Below are positions 36,036 through 45,840 of a DNA stretch of 64,000 bases, one piece after another. This DNA is from a virus (taxonomy: Duplodnaviria; Heunggongvirae; Uroviricota; Caudoviricetes). Made by a program: the position numbers and the translations under genes. Every line of letters starts with the position of its first letter. The stretch's first letter is position 1. The notes below the pieces were generated by a model that saw only the letters and a list, made by a program, of their open reading frames with translations, ran no database searches and had not been told where the DNA came from. Location: the IMG/VR virus record IMGVR_UViG_3300033495_000700; one strand, 5' to 3'.

Positions 36036-39000
36036 TCATTGGCCGTTTAGCATTTGTGCTATCAATGCTTGGCGTTTCACACGGCTTTCGCTCATGGTAT
36101 TGGATCCAGTGTTGGGTTTTTTTGGTTGCTCGGCTTGTGGCACATTTTTGTAAACACGTTTGACAGGATCGTATACAGTTTTAAGTGGGCCCATGCCGGC
36201 TAGCTTTTTGACTCTGGACACCATGTCTTGATAGTCGGCGCCGTAGTCGGCTTCTTTTTCTCGAGGCTTGCCTTCCGCCATGTCTCGATTGATACTCTCA
36301 CCACCACCACCATCCCCGCTGCCACCAGGCTCGCCACTACCATAATAACCATAGCCTGGAAAGAAATATCTACCCAAGGATCTTGAAGTTTTTTTCTTTT
36401 TTCTTCTTGAACCCTCCGCCACACCTTTTTTATTCAACGCATCAATCGCGGCTTTTTTATGTTCGGGCGATGCTGTACTCATTGCAATATCTTTAATCAT
36501 CTTGGCAGTGCCAACCATGTCATCCGTGGGTTCAAAGTTTCCTAACCTCTTGTCATATTCTTTACGCTTGGCTGCAACTTGTTTGGCGTGAGCACTGGCC
36601 TCATTTATATCATTGAAATAATGACCAATGGCTGCATCTTCTGGGTCCACTGCAATCAGTCTATATGGAGCAATATTCCAACCACGGCCGTCTTTGTCTT
36701 CTATACGCACTCTGCGATCGTCGGGCTGACCACGCATGATAAACACTTCGCCGGAACTGTCCTGGCTGTCACGGACATAATCACCAGACTGAAGATTCAT
36801 GTATTCGTCGCGTGTACTTTCATCATCGTAACCGTCATTGCCTTCCGCCACACCTTGCTCTTTAACTTTCTTTCCTGTGTGTCTAGGAACATCACGCACT
36901 AGACTGTGTTTGCCATCATGGTGCCATCCTGGAAAATATTTGCCCGCTGACTGGAAAAAACGCTGATATATTGCTTCTTGTCTTTCTCCTGCACCCTGCA
37001 TGATAATTTCATCAATCTCTGTGTTGTATTCAGTGATGAATTTACGAACAGCATTGATTACAGTAGAATAGATTAAGAATTGGTTTTTATTTTTAGCAGT
37101 TAAATCAGTATTAATTTCATCGCCAAAACTATAGTCATCTTGTTCTTCTCTTACACCAAATGATACATTCACTGCGTTCCAGTTTTGTTTTTTACCAAAA
37201 GCCGGAGCACCTTTTACAGTGAAGTTTATTAAGTATGTGTCTTTACCAGACTTAAACTTCATAACTTTGTATGTAACTTGTTTACGGTCATTAGTGTTTA
37301 CAAAATCTTTTGGTTCTTTAACTTTGAGACTTGTGTTTGCTAATTCTTCTAAAGAGCCTTCCGCCACACCTTGCTCTCTAACCGGACCACCCCAACGAGC
37401 ATACAATCCATGCTGGGGTCCACCATCTTCAGGATGACGAGCACTGTAAATAGAAATGCCTTTTTGTATGGATTGCAATTCATTTTGATCAGCGTTGGCA
37501 CCCACTGGGAAACTTACATACACAAAGTCTGATTTTTTACCAATCTCTTGACCACCTGCCTTCAATAACAAACCGATTAGTCTTGCGGCGCTGTCGTCAT
37601 AGATTTCACGGCGATTGTTTCTCAGTGCCCATTCATCGCTAAACACAGATGTGAAGCCATTGATTGATACACCTGGCACCTGTGACAGTCTAAGCCATGA
37701 ACTACGAGCCTGTGGAGTTTGAGTTTCATCTGCCACAATGGTCATGCCTAACAATTTCATTGCTACACCGTAGAGATTTTGTCCCAGGCCTGTGCCGCGA
37801 TATTCATTATCAAGTCCAACGTTGGCAACTTGATAGCTGTTTTTGATAGGGAACCACGGTACCGAACGCAATGACAGGAAGCCTGCTTTTCTTAGTCCAT
37901 CATCAGGATGTTTTACATCAAATAGTTCAATGATGTAGTCAGCACCAGTCAAGAAAGAGCCTGCACGCCCAGCTTCACCGGCGGTGTAACCAAAACGCTG
38001 ACTGCCTGGCAGCATCTTGATCTTTGACAAAGTTTCTTTGCCGTAATTCTGACTTTTGGTGCTTAGTCCTTCTTTATCACCCGGGGTTCGTTGTATTTCT
38101 TGTATTTTTTCTTTGGTCTGATCCTGTGCGTCACTTTGTTGTTCACGCTTGTGCAATTCTTTACGTATCAATGCTTTGAATCTTGCTTCATTGCGATGTA
38201 AGACGCCTGGTCGTAACATTATTTTCAAGTGGTCGGTGTCGTAGTTGCTATAATCCGCCCCTCGAGTTGGTAGTTGATCAACAGAGCCTTCTGTCATACC
38301 TTGCTGTCTACGCTGTTTGCGAATAACAGCAATGGCCTGCAATACTGTTTTCTTAGTTAGTTTGCCTTCGCCTGCCATCAAGCGAATATCCTGCATAGTG
38401 ATACCGTCTTCAGTTGGAATCTTGATCTTTGCACCAGCTGACACAACTGGCTTTTTGTTATATTCTTTTTCGTATGCCTGTTGCTGCAACCAAGCATCTC
38501 TAGCAGCCGGACCATATTCGTCATCGTTTCTAGAGCCTTCCGCCACACCTTGCTTGTTCAACGCATCAATTGCGACTTTTTTATGTTCCGGAGAAGCATC
38601 GCTCATTGCAATATCTTTAATTAGTTTTGCAACACCAAACATTTGATCCGCTGGTTCAAAGTTGCCCAACCTCTTATCATATTCTTTACGGTTGGCAGCA
38701 ACTTCTTTGGCATGGGCTGATCGGGGTTCATTACTGCCGCCCGCCCAACCATACGCAGTGCGAAATTTCTTTACTTCTTCTAAATTAAAATAATGACCAA
38801 TGGCTGCATCGTCTGGATCAACCGCGACCAGCCTATATGGTGCAATATTCCAGCCTCGTCCATCTTTATCTTCTATTCTTACTCGACGATCGTCGGGCTG
38901 GCCACGCATGATAAACACTTCGCCGGAACTGTCTTGAGTATCACGGACATAATCGCCTGATTGGAGATTCATATATTCGTCGCGTGTACTTTCAGCATCG

Positions 39001-39821
39001 TACCCGTCATTGCCTTCCACCACACCTTCCCTTACTCCCTTTTCTTTACGCTTTGGTACTGGCTTTCCTGCCAAATCTTTATCGCCGATGTAGACACCAT
39101 TCTTGTCATGACTTGCTGGATTCTTTTCAAACGGCTTACCTTTGCGAGCTTCCCGATCTGCTTCTGCTTTCTTAACAGCATCAGCCCAGTAGCCTTCCGT
39201 TACATCTTGAGCAGCAGCTACAGCACTACGGCTTTCTGCCACACCTTCCTTACCTGAATTAGCGTGTGCCTTGGCAGCTTTTTCACTTGTAAAGATTTTA
39301 CGTGAACCAGCCTGATTAGTTGCAACATATGAGCCGTCTTTGGTTTTCTTTACCTCGCCTCTGTGATTACCACGTGCGTCCCGTGCGCTATCTGTAGTTG
39401 GATCCAAGCCTTCCGCCACACCTTGCTTATACAATGCTAGTCGCTTCTTCTCGTGAGTAATACTTTGTTGGATAGCATCTTGATCAGCATTGGGGCGATC
39501 TAGTTGTGCTTGTAATCTTTCTATAGCGGCTCGGATAGCATCTACATCCTTTTGATCACGCTTGCTCAAGCCCTCCGCTATACCTTGCTGCATATCTCGC
39601 TTGACTGCACGAGCAACATCTTGTGCCAGAGCACTGGGATTGCTATCTCCACCGTAGTTCAACACATCTACGATTGCTGCATGGATTGTACGTTGGTCGG
39701 CTCGGCGTGCCAAGTTGGGATATATCATTTCAAATTCAGCATATACTTGGTTTGCTAAATCTTCTTCATCGTAGCCTTCGACGATTGTGGGTTTGCGATT
39801 GAAAAGGTTGTCAATGATCAT
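36036..39821 (-). CDS. 1261-aa modular protein; candidate polyprotein of head-internal/ejected proteins with repeated QGVAEG linkers and a GNAT-like segment
   Basis: At least 9 copies of (Q/K)G(V/I)AEG. An internal ~170-aa duplication. YRGTGLGQNLYGVAMKLLG is GNAT motif-A-like. Gly-rich C-terminal region. Confidence 0.55.
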   Translation of the reverse strand: MIIDNLFNRKPTIVEGYDEEDLANQVYAEFEMIYPNLARRADQRTIHAAIVDVLNYGGDSNPSALAQDVARAVKRDMQQGIAEGLSKRDQKDVDAIRAAIERLQAQLDRPNADQDAIQQSITHEKKRLALYKQGVAEGLDPTTDSARDARGNHRGEVKKTKDGSYVATNQAGSRKIFTSEKAAKAHANSGKEGVAESRSAVAAAQDVTEGYWADAVKKAEADREARKGKPFEKNPASHDKNGVYIGDKDLAGKPVPKRKEKGVREGVVEGNDGYDAESTRDEYMNLQSGDYVRDTQDSSGEVFIMRGQPDDRRVRIEDKDGRGWNIAPYRLVAVDPDDAAIGHYFNLEEVKKFRTAYGWAGGSNEPRSAHAKEVAANRKEYDKRLGNFEPADQMFGVAKLIKDIAMSDASPEHKKVAIDALNKQGVAEGSRNDDEYGPAARDAWLQQQAYEKEYNKKPVVSAGAKIKIPTEDGITMQDIRLMAGEGKLTKKTVLQAIAVIRKQRRQQGMTEGSVDQLPTRGADYSNYDTDHLKIMLRPGVLHRNEARFKALIRKELHKREQQSDAQDQTKEKIQEIQRTPGDKEGLSTKSQNYGKETLSKIKMLPGSQRFGYTAGEAGRAGSFLTGADYIIELFDVKHPDDGLRKAGFLSLRSVPWFPIKNSYQVANVGLDNEYRGTGLGQNLYGVAMKLLGMTIVADETQTPQARSSWLRLSQVPGVSINGFTSVFSDEWALRNNRREIYDDSAARLIGLLLKAGGQEIGKKSDFVYVSFPVGANADQNELQSIQKGISIYSARHPEDGGPQHGLYARWGGPVREQGVAEGSLEELANTSLKVKEPKDFVNTNDRKQVTYKVMKFKSGKDTYLINFTVKGAPAFGKKQNWNAVNVSFGVREEQDDYSFGDEINTDLTAKNKNQFLIYSTVINAVRKFITEYNTEIDEIIMQGAGERQEAIYQRFFQSAGKYFPGWHHDGKHSLVRDVPRHTGKKVKEQGVAEGNDGYDDESTRDEYMNLQSGDYVRDSQDSSGEVFIMRGQPDDRRVRIEDKDGRGWNIAPYRLIAVDPEDAAIGHYFNDINEASAHAKQVAAKRKEYDKRLGNFEPTDDMVGTAKMIKDIAMSTASPEHKKAAIDALNKKGVAEGSRRKKKKTSRSLGRYFFPGYGYYGSGEPGGSGDGGGGESINRDMAEGKPREKEADYGADYQDMVSRVKKLAGMGPLKTVYDPVKRVYKNVPQAEQPKKPNTGSNTMSESRVKRQALIAQMLNGQ
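36415..36935 (-). repeat. intragenic duplication, copy 2 (~85-90% nucleotide identity to 38530..39050)
   Basis: Encodes GNDGYDDESTRDEYMNLQSGDYVRDSQDSSGEVFIMRGQPDDRRVRIEDKDGRGWNIAPYRLIAVDPEDAAIGHYFN...SAHAKQVAAKRKEYDKRLGNFEP...ASPEHKKAAIDALNKKGVAEGS. Confidence 0.7.
38530..39050 (-). repeat. intragenic duplication, copy 1
   Basis: Encodes GNDGYDAESTRDEYMNLQSGDYVRDTQDSSGEVFIMRGQPDDRRVRIEDKDGRGWNIAPYRLVAVDPDDAAIGHYFN...AHAKEVAANRKEYDKRLGNFEP...ASPEHKKVAIDALNKQGVAEGS. Confidence 0.7.
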
Positions 39822-39822
39822 A

Positions 39823-40488
39823 TTATGCTTCTTCTAAGTAGTCTTGGCTGGGATCTTGCGATAATGAACGACGATGTGCTTGAAACATCTCTACTGCTAT
39901 TTCAGCTTCATCTAAGTCTCTGAACCGGCTGGGCAATATACGGCCTTGATAGTGAATTTCAAACCCACGACGTTGATCTCCGTAACACTCTAGACATGAG
40001 CCATCTTCTAGTGTGATTGTTTTCACAGGGCCAGATTCGCCTACACTCACTGGGCTCATCATGGCAGTACCTGACATCATTGGCTCTTGAGATTCTTCTT
40101 GTGCGTTTTCTTCGTCATATTGGTCTTGATCGTCGGCCTTGGCAGGATTCTTGTCTTGAATTTCTTGCTTGGCTTTTTGTTCTAGTTTGTCTAGATATTG
40201 TGTAAGATCCTTCTTGACCTTGCTTAACATGTCCTCGTCAATCGCAGCCATGCGTTCTGCTAATGCACCACCAACCGGCTGAACCGAATCACCAACCATG
40301 TTTTTACCCAGGGGTTTCTTTTGATTGTTGCTGCCTAGCACTGGTGATACGTTTTCAGGCTTGAACAATGCAGGCAGTTGCGGTACTGACTGTTGTTGTT
40401 TGTTTAGCCCTTTTTTTACCGAGACAGGAGTAATGTCTGACTCAATCACGGCCAGGCGTTTTAGTATGTTTGCAATGTCATTGCTCAT
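39823..40488 (-). CDS. hypothetical acidic protein (scaffold-like composition)
   Basis: 221 aa with an E/D/Q-rich middle. Confidence 0.4.
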   Translation of the reverse strand: MSNDIANILKRLAVIESDITPVSVKKGLNKQQQSVPQLPALFKPENVSPVLGSNNQKKPLGKNMVGDSVQPVGGALAERMAAIDEDMLSKVKKDLTQYLDKLEQKAKQEIQDKNPAKADDQDQYDEENAQEESQEPMMSGTAMMSPVSVGESGPVKTITLEDGSCLECYGDQRRGFEIHYQGRILPSRFRDLDEAEIAVEMFQAHRRSLSQDPSQDYLEEA

Positions 40489-40925
40489 GCTCGTTCAACT
40501 TTCAAATAACTATTCAGTTGCCAACGATACTTGCCATGAGCACTGAGTCGTTCTGCAATAAAGTTAGCAATACCTTGTTCATTTTCTTCGTTGGCTACTG
40601 CAAAGCAAACATCCAGTAAATCTAACATTTGATTGTTGTTGGCGTACAATTCTTCCAACATCAATTGAGCACGTGGGATTTTGATTTGTCCGGCAATCTC
40701 TGTGAGTTCACTGTAACGCTCTAGACTTCCCGGAGCATATTCTCCCAGGTAGCGAATGTATTCTGCTGTGGGATCTAATGCAGAATACGCATCTTCGTAG
40801 ATTTTTTGAAAGAATTTGTGCAGTTGTCCAAAGTCCGACCCCTCCACATTCCAGTGAAACTGGTGTGCTTTTAAGTAATAGGCAAAATTAGTTGCCAGGA
40901 GTGTTTTTAAATTGTCCGCGAGCAT
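40485..40925 (-). CDS. hypothetical protein
   Basis: 146-aa ORF. Confidence 0.4.
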   Translation of the reverse strand: MLADNLKTLLATNFAYYLKAHQFHWNVEGSDFGQLHKFFQKIYEDAYSALDPTAEYIRYLGEYAPGSLERYSELTEIAGQIKIPRAQLMLEELYANNNQMLDLLDVCFAVANEENEQGIANFIAERLSAHGKYRWQLNSYLKVERA

Positions 40926-41100
40926 GCTTGTTCCTTTTGTATTCCTTAGGCGTATTAGGCGTTAGGTCCGTTGTGTATTTACCACTCAGCATAGAACCGC
41001 CTTGTCTTGTTTGCATACCCATTGGTTGAACTAACACTGCCATAGATCCAGTGCTGGAGCTGCCCACACTTGCATCTTCCATTATTTCATGTACTTTCAT
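40888..41100 (-). CDS. hypothetical protein
   Basis: 70-aa ORF. Confidence 0.35.
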   Translation of the reverse strand: MKVHEIMEDASVGSSSTGSMAVLVQPMGMQTRQGGSMLSGKYTTDLTPNTPKEYKRNKHARGQFKNTPGN

Positions 41101-41112
41101 TTTTTATCCTTG

Positions 41113-41409
41113 TTAATCAGCAGTAACTGCTCGGTGTACACGATGTCTTGACGCAGGACTTAAAAGATGATTGTCATCAGTTTCTGGTTCATATCCACCA
41201 TAACGACTTGGGTCAGCATGATGTTTAATTCCAGTTTTGAGTTTTAGTATCCTGCCCATTCGAACTTGAGTGTTGTCTGGTGGAGAATTTGGACCACTGT
41301 TAGCATTACCAGCTTCTTCAACGTCCTTTTCGCCCAAGAATCCCATGCCTTCGCGTGGGTGATCAAATAATTCGTATATCAACATGATAGCATGCCAGTC
41401 ACGGACCAA
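41113..41409 (-). CDS. hypothetical protein
   Basis: 98-aa ORF. Confidence 0.4.
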   Translation of the reverse strand: MVRDWHAIMLIYELFDHPREGMGFLGEKDVEEAGNANSGPNSPPDNTQVRMGRILKLKTGIKHHADPSRYGGYEPETDDNHLLSPASRHRVHRAVTAD

Positions 41410-41449
41410 TTGATTGTTGCAGTCATTGTCATATACTTTGTGAAATCTG

Positions 41450-42094
41450 TTATGCCGTTTGTGTGGCAGGAGCCAATGCTGCGGCTAGGGCCATGCGTCT
41501 TTGTCTATCTGCGCCTGAACTTCGTTCATAGAATTGATCTACAATGGCAGCAGCATCGTTGGAGGTTTTTGCACTTTTCAATCTTCGCCCGGCGTTTGCT
41601 TCTGTGTTGTTCAATTCCCACTGCACAAACTCCAATTGGTCTTGCAAGCTAGACCCTTGTAATGGTTTACGCATCTCTTTAGCAAAATCTTGTTGTCGTG
41701 ATCCGCGCCACTGTGCAATACCATATGCTTGCTCGCCGGGATTTAGTGCAGCAGGATTTAAATTTGGTGTTGATTCTGCTTGTAGGTTGGCCACTAGACC
41801 GGCAGCTTGTTCAGGCGACCATCCTTGTTGCATAAAGTAGTTTAGGGCAATTTTTGCATTGCCCGATGCGCCACCACCTGCGTTATTGGATGGTCTAGAC
41901 GCACCAGATCCAGGCAAACGTATACGAGATCCTGGCTGAATATCATTAGCATTAGCCAACTGTGGATTTTGCCACATGATGCCATCTACGGTGGTATCGT
42001 AGGACTTGGCTATGCCGGGCAAGGAATCTCCAGATCTCACGGTATAGATATTACTAGAGCTGATGGCTTCGGACAAGAACTCAAATAACTTCAT
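41450..42094 (-). CDS. LysM-domain peptidoglycan hydrolase (phage tail/ejected lysozyme-like), CTS-like N-terminus
   Basis: MKLFEFLSE N-terminus. LysM segment YTVRSGDSLPGIAKSYDTTVDGIMWQNP. C-terminal segment GLVANLQAESTPNLNPAALNPGEQAYGIAQW. Confidence 0.55.
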   Translation of the reverse strand: MKLFEFLSEAISSSNIYTVRSGDSLPGIAKSYDTTVDGIMWQNPQLANANDIQPGSRIRLPGSGASRPSNNAGGGASGNAKIALNYFMQQGWSPEQAAGLVANLQAESTPNLNPAALNPGEQAYGIAQWRGSRQQDFAKEMRKPLQGSSLQDQLEFVQWELNNTEANAGRRLKSAKTSNDAAAIVDQFYERSSGADRQRRMALAAALAPATQTA

Positions 42095-42095
42095 G

Positions 42096-43253
42096 TTATT
42101 CTTTTAGCATGTTTGATAAACGACGCATCAGATCTACACTTTCTGCAAATGTTCCAGGTGCGTTTCTGCTTTCAGCCGCTGGTGTATCTGATATTGTACC
42201 TGCTCCCGGGAACGGTGTCTTGCCAGGTAATGGTTTTGCAGGAGTAGCTGCCGCTCCTTTGCCAGCCAACGCAGCCTTTTCGGCTTGTAAGGTAGCAATG
42301 TACCTTGCATTTGGCGGCAATTTGGGATCTGAAGTTTTACTAAATCTAGCAATTTCTCGGTCATATTCTTGCGGCGTTTTGTATCTAGGCGGTTTTCCTG
42401 CAGGTAATGAAGCCTGGCCTGCCGCTGCTGTTGGAAAAAATTGCTTCATTGCTGCTTGTGTAGCCGGGCCCATAATACCGTCTGATTTAATCTTTGCACC
42501 GGCTGCAATTAGCTCATCCTGTAATGCTTTTATTTTAGGATCTGATCCTGCTTTAGGCGCTGCGGCACCTGTCGGCGCGGTCTGTGTACCAGCTTGTAGT
42601 CGTGCATCTGTTGGATTAGAGGCTGGTGCTGGTGCTGTTGCTGCCGGTGCTACCGGAGCACCATCTCTTTCAGCATCAGCCGCCGCTGAATTTGGTGCCG
42701 CCGCTGGTGCCGCTGGTGCTACCGGAGCACCATCTCTTTCAGCATCAGCCGCCGCTGAATTTGGTGCCGCCGCTATAGGGCCTGGGTTTAATGCTGTAGG
42801 CGGTGTCACTGGTGAAGTTGTAGCCGCCGCCGCCGACTGTTCTGCCGATGTCGTTGATGCCTGCGCACCTGCTCCCAGTTCAGCTTCAGCTCGTCGAACG
42901 GCTGCTATATTGGCAGCTAGTTGTGCCTGTGCGCTGGTAGGCGGTGGATTTACAGGCTGTCCAGCTCCAGCTTGGACAGGATTACGCGAACCATCTTGAA
43001 CAGGATTACCCGAACCATCTGTCACCGTTAAAGGCTTAATCGGTGCGCCTGCAGGTAAAGTTCCACCAGCTGCTGTTTTTCCTTTATTAGGTAATCTGTT
43101 AAGAATAAACTGATCACTCAGATCGGGTTGTTGGCCGTCTTTGGTTAGTGCTTGTTGATCCGTTGGTGTTAATGCTGCAAATCTAGCAGCGTCTGCGCCA
43201 GTGTATGGATTGGCAATTGGCGCAGCTTCTCTTAAAAATTCTATTGATCTCAT
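42096..43253 (-). CDS. Ala/Pro-rich protein with PG_binding_1 domain, CTS-like N-terminus
   Basis: Start taken at MRSIEFLREAAP (ATG 43253, AAAGGAACA RBS). Contains KIKALQDELIAAGAKIKSDGIMGPATQAAMKQF and a tandem 23-aa repeat. Confidence 0.55.
   Translation of the reverse strand: MRSIEFLREAAPIANPYTGADAARFAALTPTDQQALTKDGQQPDLSDQFILNRLPNKGKTAAGGTLPAGAPIKPLTVTDGSGNPVQDGSRNPVQAGAGQPVNPPPTSAQAQLAANIAAVRRAEAELGAGAQASTTSAEQSAAAATTSPVTPPTALNPGPIAAAPNSAAADAERDGAPVAPAAPAAAPNSAAADAERDGAPVAPAATAPAPASNPTDARLQAGTQTAPTGAAAPKAGSDPKIKALQDELIAAGAKIKSDGIMGPATQAAMKQFFPTAAAGQASLPAGKPPRYKTPQEYDREIARFSKTSDPKLPPNARYIATLQAEKAALAGKGAAATPAKPLPGKTPFPGAGTISDTPAAESRNAPGTFAESVDLMRRLSNMLKE
42649..42774 (-). repeat. tandem direct repeat (2 x ~57 nt, period 69 nt) inside the CDS
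   Basis: gctaccggagcaccatctctttcagcatcagccgccgctgaatttggtgccgccgct occurs twice. Confidence 0.7.
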
Positions 43254-43290
43254 GTGATGTTCCTTTATGGATGATCTACGTTTATTTATT

Positions 43291-43491
43291 CTATTTGCCC
43301 TGTGCTGCCAATCTTGCGCCATTGTTAAAACTGTTGCTGTGACTGGCAGCATTCTTGTTGCCACGAGCTTTTGACCACGCATACCCAGCTCTATGGCCAG
43401 AACAATCTTTGGTGCAAGGACTGCCTAGGAACGTAAGTTCATCTAGTGCTTGCTGCGGCTGTTTATTACGAGTAAATTCTCTTGCTCTCAT
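43291..43491 (-). CDS. small basic protein with CTS-like N-terminus (MRAREF)
   Basis: 66 aa. Confidence 0.45.
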   Translation of the reverse strand: MRAREFTRNKQPQQALDELTFLGSPCTKDCSGHRAGYAWSKARGNKNAASHSNSFNNGARLAAQGK

Positions 43492-43967
43492 TTGGCATCC
43501 CCAAAGATTGGCCCACTAACATACTGACCATTTTGACTCAATACACCATTGCGTAGATTCTTGATGATACCGTCGGTGATGTCTCTACGGCGAAAGTGTG
43601 GCAAAAAGATATGAACCTCTACTGGTCGATCACCTTGCTCGCCTAGTATAGCATACATTCTGTGACGTCCGTCATGATCACGTACCTTGGCTTCCAAACT
43701 AAAGTCATCATTTTCCCAAGATTCGGGCACAACCACAGTCAAGAATGGCGCACCAAACCCTGGATCGTTGATCTGTCGGCGTAGATTTTGTATGGTTTCT
43801 TTTTCGTCAGCAGCATCAGCGTCCAAGGGCAAGCTGAGTTTGAGAAATGTGCTGGGTCGCATGACTGTGCGTATACCAAAGTAATCTACATCAGCATTGT
43901 GCGGAACAGCACCCAGACCTTGTTGGTTGTCTATCTTTAGTTCAGTTATGAATTCGCTTGATCTCAT
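43488..43967 (-). CDS. hypothetical protein with CTS-like N-terminus (MRSSEFITE)
   Basis: 159 aa with start/stop overlaps. Confidence 0.5.
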   Translation of the reverse strand: MRSSEFITELKIDNQQGLGAVPHNADVDYFGIRTVMRPSTFLKLSLPLDADAADEKETIQNLRRQINDPGFGAPFLTVVVPESWENDDFSLEAKVRDHDGRHRMYAILGEQGDRPVEVHIFLPHFRRRDITDGIIKNLRNGVLSQNGQYVSGPIFGDAK

Positions 43968-44167
43968 GTGTCTATCCTATGCACATTGGTCACTATGCTG
44001 TCTTTGCCGTATTGAGCTTGCAGCAATAATCGTGCCATGGCAGGTGATTTGGCAAATATAGCCACGTCTATGCTGGTGGTATAAGAGGGATTTTTCACAC
44101 GCACAGACGCACTGTACACATGAAATCCAGGCAGTAGTTCTTCACAAAGGAATTCTGTTGCTCTCAT
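43964..44167 (-). CDS. small protein with CTS-like N-terminus (MRATEFLCEE)
   Basis: Start at ATG 44167 overlaps the TGA of the 44167..45840 gene. Confidence 0.45.
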   Translation of the reverse strand: MRATEFLCEELLPGFHVYSASVRVKNPSYTTSIDVAIFAKSPAMARLLLQAQYGKDSIVTNVHRIDT

Positions 44168-45840
44168 CAGCAGTTCCACTTTCTCAACGCTAATGCTTTG
44201 CGAGTGGGTTTGCCATTGGGTTTTTTCATTGGACCCTTGACTCCGCCCATTCTGGCACAGAATGATTTACGACGTTTGGCTGCTTTTGATCCTGGTTTGA
44301 GTTTGCTGGGCTTGGTGGTCACTGCCATCTGTAATTTTGAGCCAGGATTCTCTCTGCGATAGCTAGCAACACCTTTGGCATTGAGCCCGCCCTTTTTACT
44401 CTTGCCTGCGCTTCTACGCCAAGCTGCTGTTTCAAACAGTTCGTGATCGTCTACTGATTCAAAGTCTTCCCAAATTACATCAGCATCAACACCGTGTGCC
44501 TCAGCCAGTTCCATTACCATTTCTTCAATAAGATCAAACTGTTGATCAGAGTCAAGATCTTCTGTGATTGACTCCTTGGGCACACAGTCAGGGACCATTC
44601 TCCCTCCTTTGTTTTTCATACCAATTTGTTTGTGTGTGTCCCAGCAGGCTTCTTCTAAATCTATACTCTCGTCAGTTTTTTTGGTAGCATTTATATATTT
44701 TCTATACACTGCCGCTGCCTCAGATTTTCCTGCAGCCTTGGCACGTTGTTCCATTGCCACAGCGGCTTGGATCTTGTGTGCGTGACTACGACCACTATTA
44801 CGAATCTTTAACACACTGGCTCTGGCATCTCCTTCTGTGGCAAATTTCAAACCAGTAATAGTGCCGTTGGGATTTTCATCTGTGTACAAGTCGCTATGCT
44901 TTTTACTATTGGCAGATTGTCCTGCTTTTCTTGGGATACGTTTGTTTTCCGTTACATTTGGCTTGAAGGACTGTGAGTTGTCTTGAACCTTGGACTTGCG
45001 CTGTTTGCGATAGTAAGTATTAGCAGGGTCAGTGTCATGACTTTGATCTGGCCACCATTCAATTGTGAATATCTTTCCATTTTCAAAATCATCATGCATA
45101 CTCATGATTCTTTGTTCGTACTCGTCTCGACTAGGAGATGTTCGTCCTGCAACCACATCCATTACAAAGTTCAAAGTAACAGCATTGGCAGCAAGACTAG
45201 CGCATCTGGCACCAACCTCATTCTTAAGATGATCAATCAGTATGCTTTCACTGCAATCTGCCAACGCAGAACTCAGTCTATGAGGCACCCGTAGATCAAT
45301 GTAACTGTAGCAATAGTCATAGTGCGGAGACGGGCTGATATGCATCACATACTCGTCTTTTATTTCGATGCGTTTGAATCCATCAAGATCATGCCACATG
45401 GCAATATCCTTTGTGGCATCATGCGGATCACCAAAAGTCTTGGTCAAATGCCAAGCATACTGTGCCGGTACACGATTGCGCCATGAGCGCAACAGGTCTA
45501 AAATGTTAGGCTGGCTTTTTTCAGCATCAGTTGCGTCTTCGTTGGTATTCTTCACACAGTTAGGATATGTTTTGCCAAACATCTTTTTATTACCTTCTTT
45601 GTGATAGCCTTTCCAACATGCTTCATCTAAATTTTTATGATCCCTGTGTGTTTGACACATACCACAATCAGGGCATGTCATTTCTTCGTCAATACTTTCA
45701 TTGCGTTTTCTCTTGCCAGCACAATGAGCCTTTTGACTGAATCCCTTGGGGTGAGAGCAGTTGATACTACTTTTGTATTTTTGGCTCCACTTTTCATCCA
45801 AGTGACGCATATTTTCTGTGATAAATTCATGGCTTTTCAT
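44167..45840 (-). CDS. 557-aa basic protein with CTS-like N-terminus (MKSHEFITE) and repeated Cys modules
   Basis: EACWKGYHKEGNKKMFGKTYPNCV and EACWDTHKQIGMKNKGGRMVPDCV modules. K/R-rich. Confidence 0.5.
   Translation of the reverse strand: MKSHEFITENMRHLDEKWSQKYKSSINCSHPKGFSQKAHCAGKRKRNESIDEEMTCPDCGMCQTHRDHKNLDEACWKGYHKEGNKKMFGKTYPNCVKNTNEDATDAEKSQPNILDLLRSWRNRVPAQYAWHLTKTFGDPHDATKDIAMWHDLDGFKRIEIKDEYVMHISPSPHYDYCYSYIDLRVPHRLSSALADCSESILIDHLKNEVGARCASLAANAVTLNFVMDVVAGRTSPSRDEYEQRIMSMHDDFENGKIFTIEWWPDQSHDTDPANTYYRKQRKSKVQDNSQSFKPNVTENKRIPRKAGQSANSKKHSDLYTDENPNGTITGLKFATEGDARASVLKIRNSGRSHAHKIQAAVAMEQRAKAAGKSEAAAVYRKYINATKKTDESIDLEEACWDTHKQIGMKNKGGRMVPDCVPKESITEDLDSDQQFDLIEEMVMELAEAHGVDADVIWEDFESVDDHELFETAAWRRSAGKSKKGGLNAKGVASYRRENPGSKLQMAVTTKPSKLKPGSKAAKRRKSFCARMGGVKGPMKKPNGKPTRKALALRKWNC

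Noticed and set aside
36036-39821. Repeated GVAEG-encoding DNA considered as a CRISPR-like or tandem DNA repeat array.
   Set aside because: The repeats are irregularly spaced (60-200 codons), conserved mainly at the protein level, and lie inside one long ORF. This is a protein-level linker repeat plus one large intragenic duplication, not a CRISPR array.
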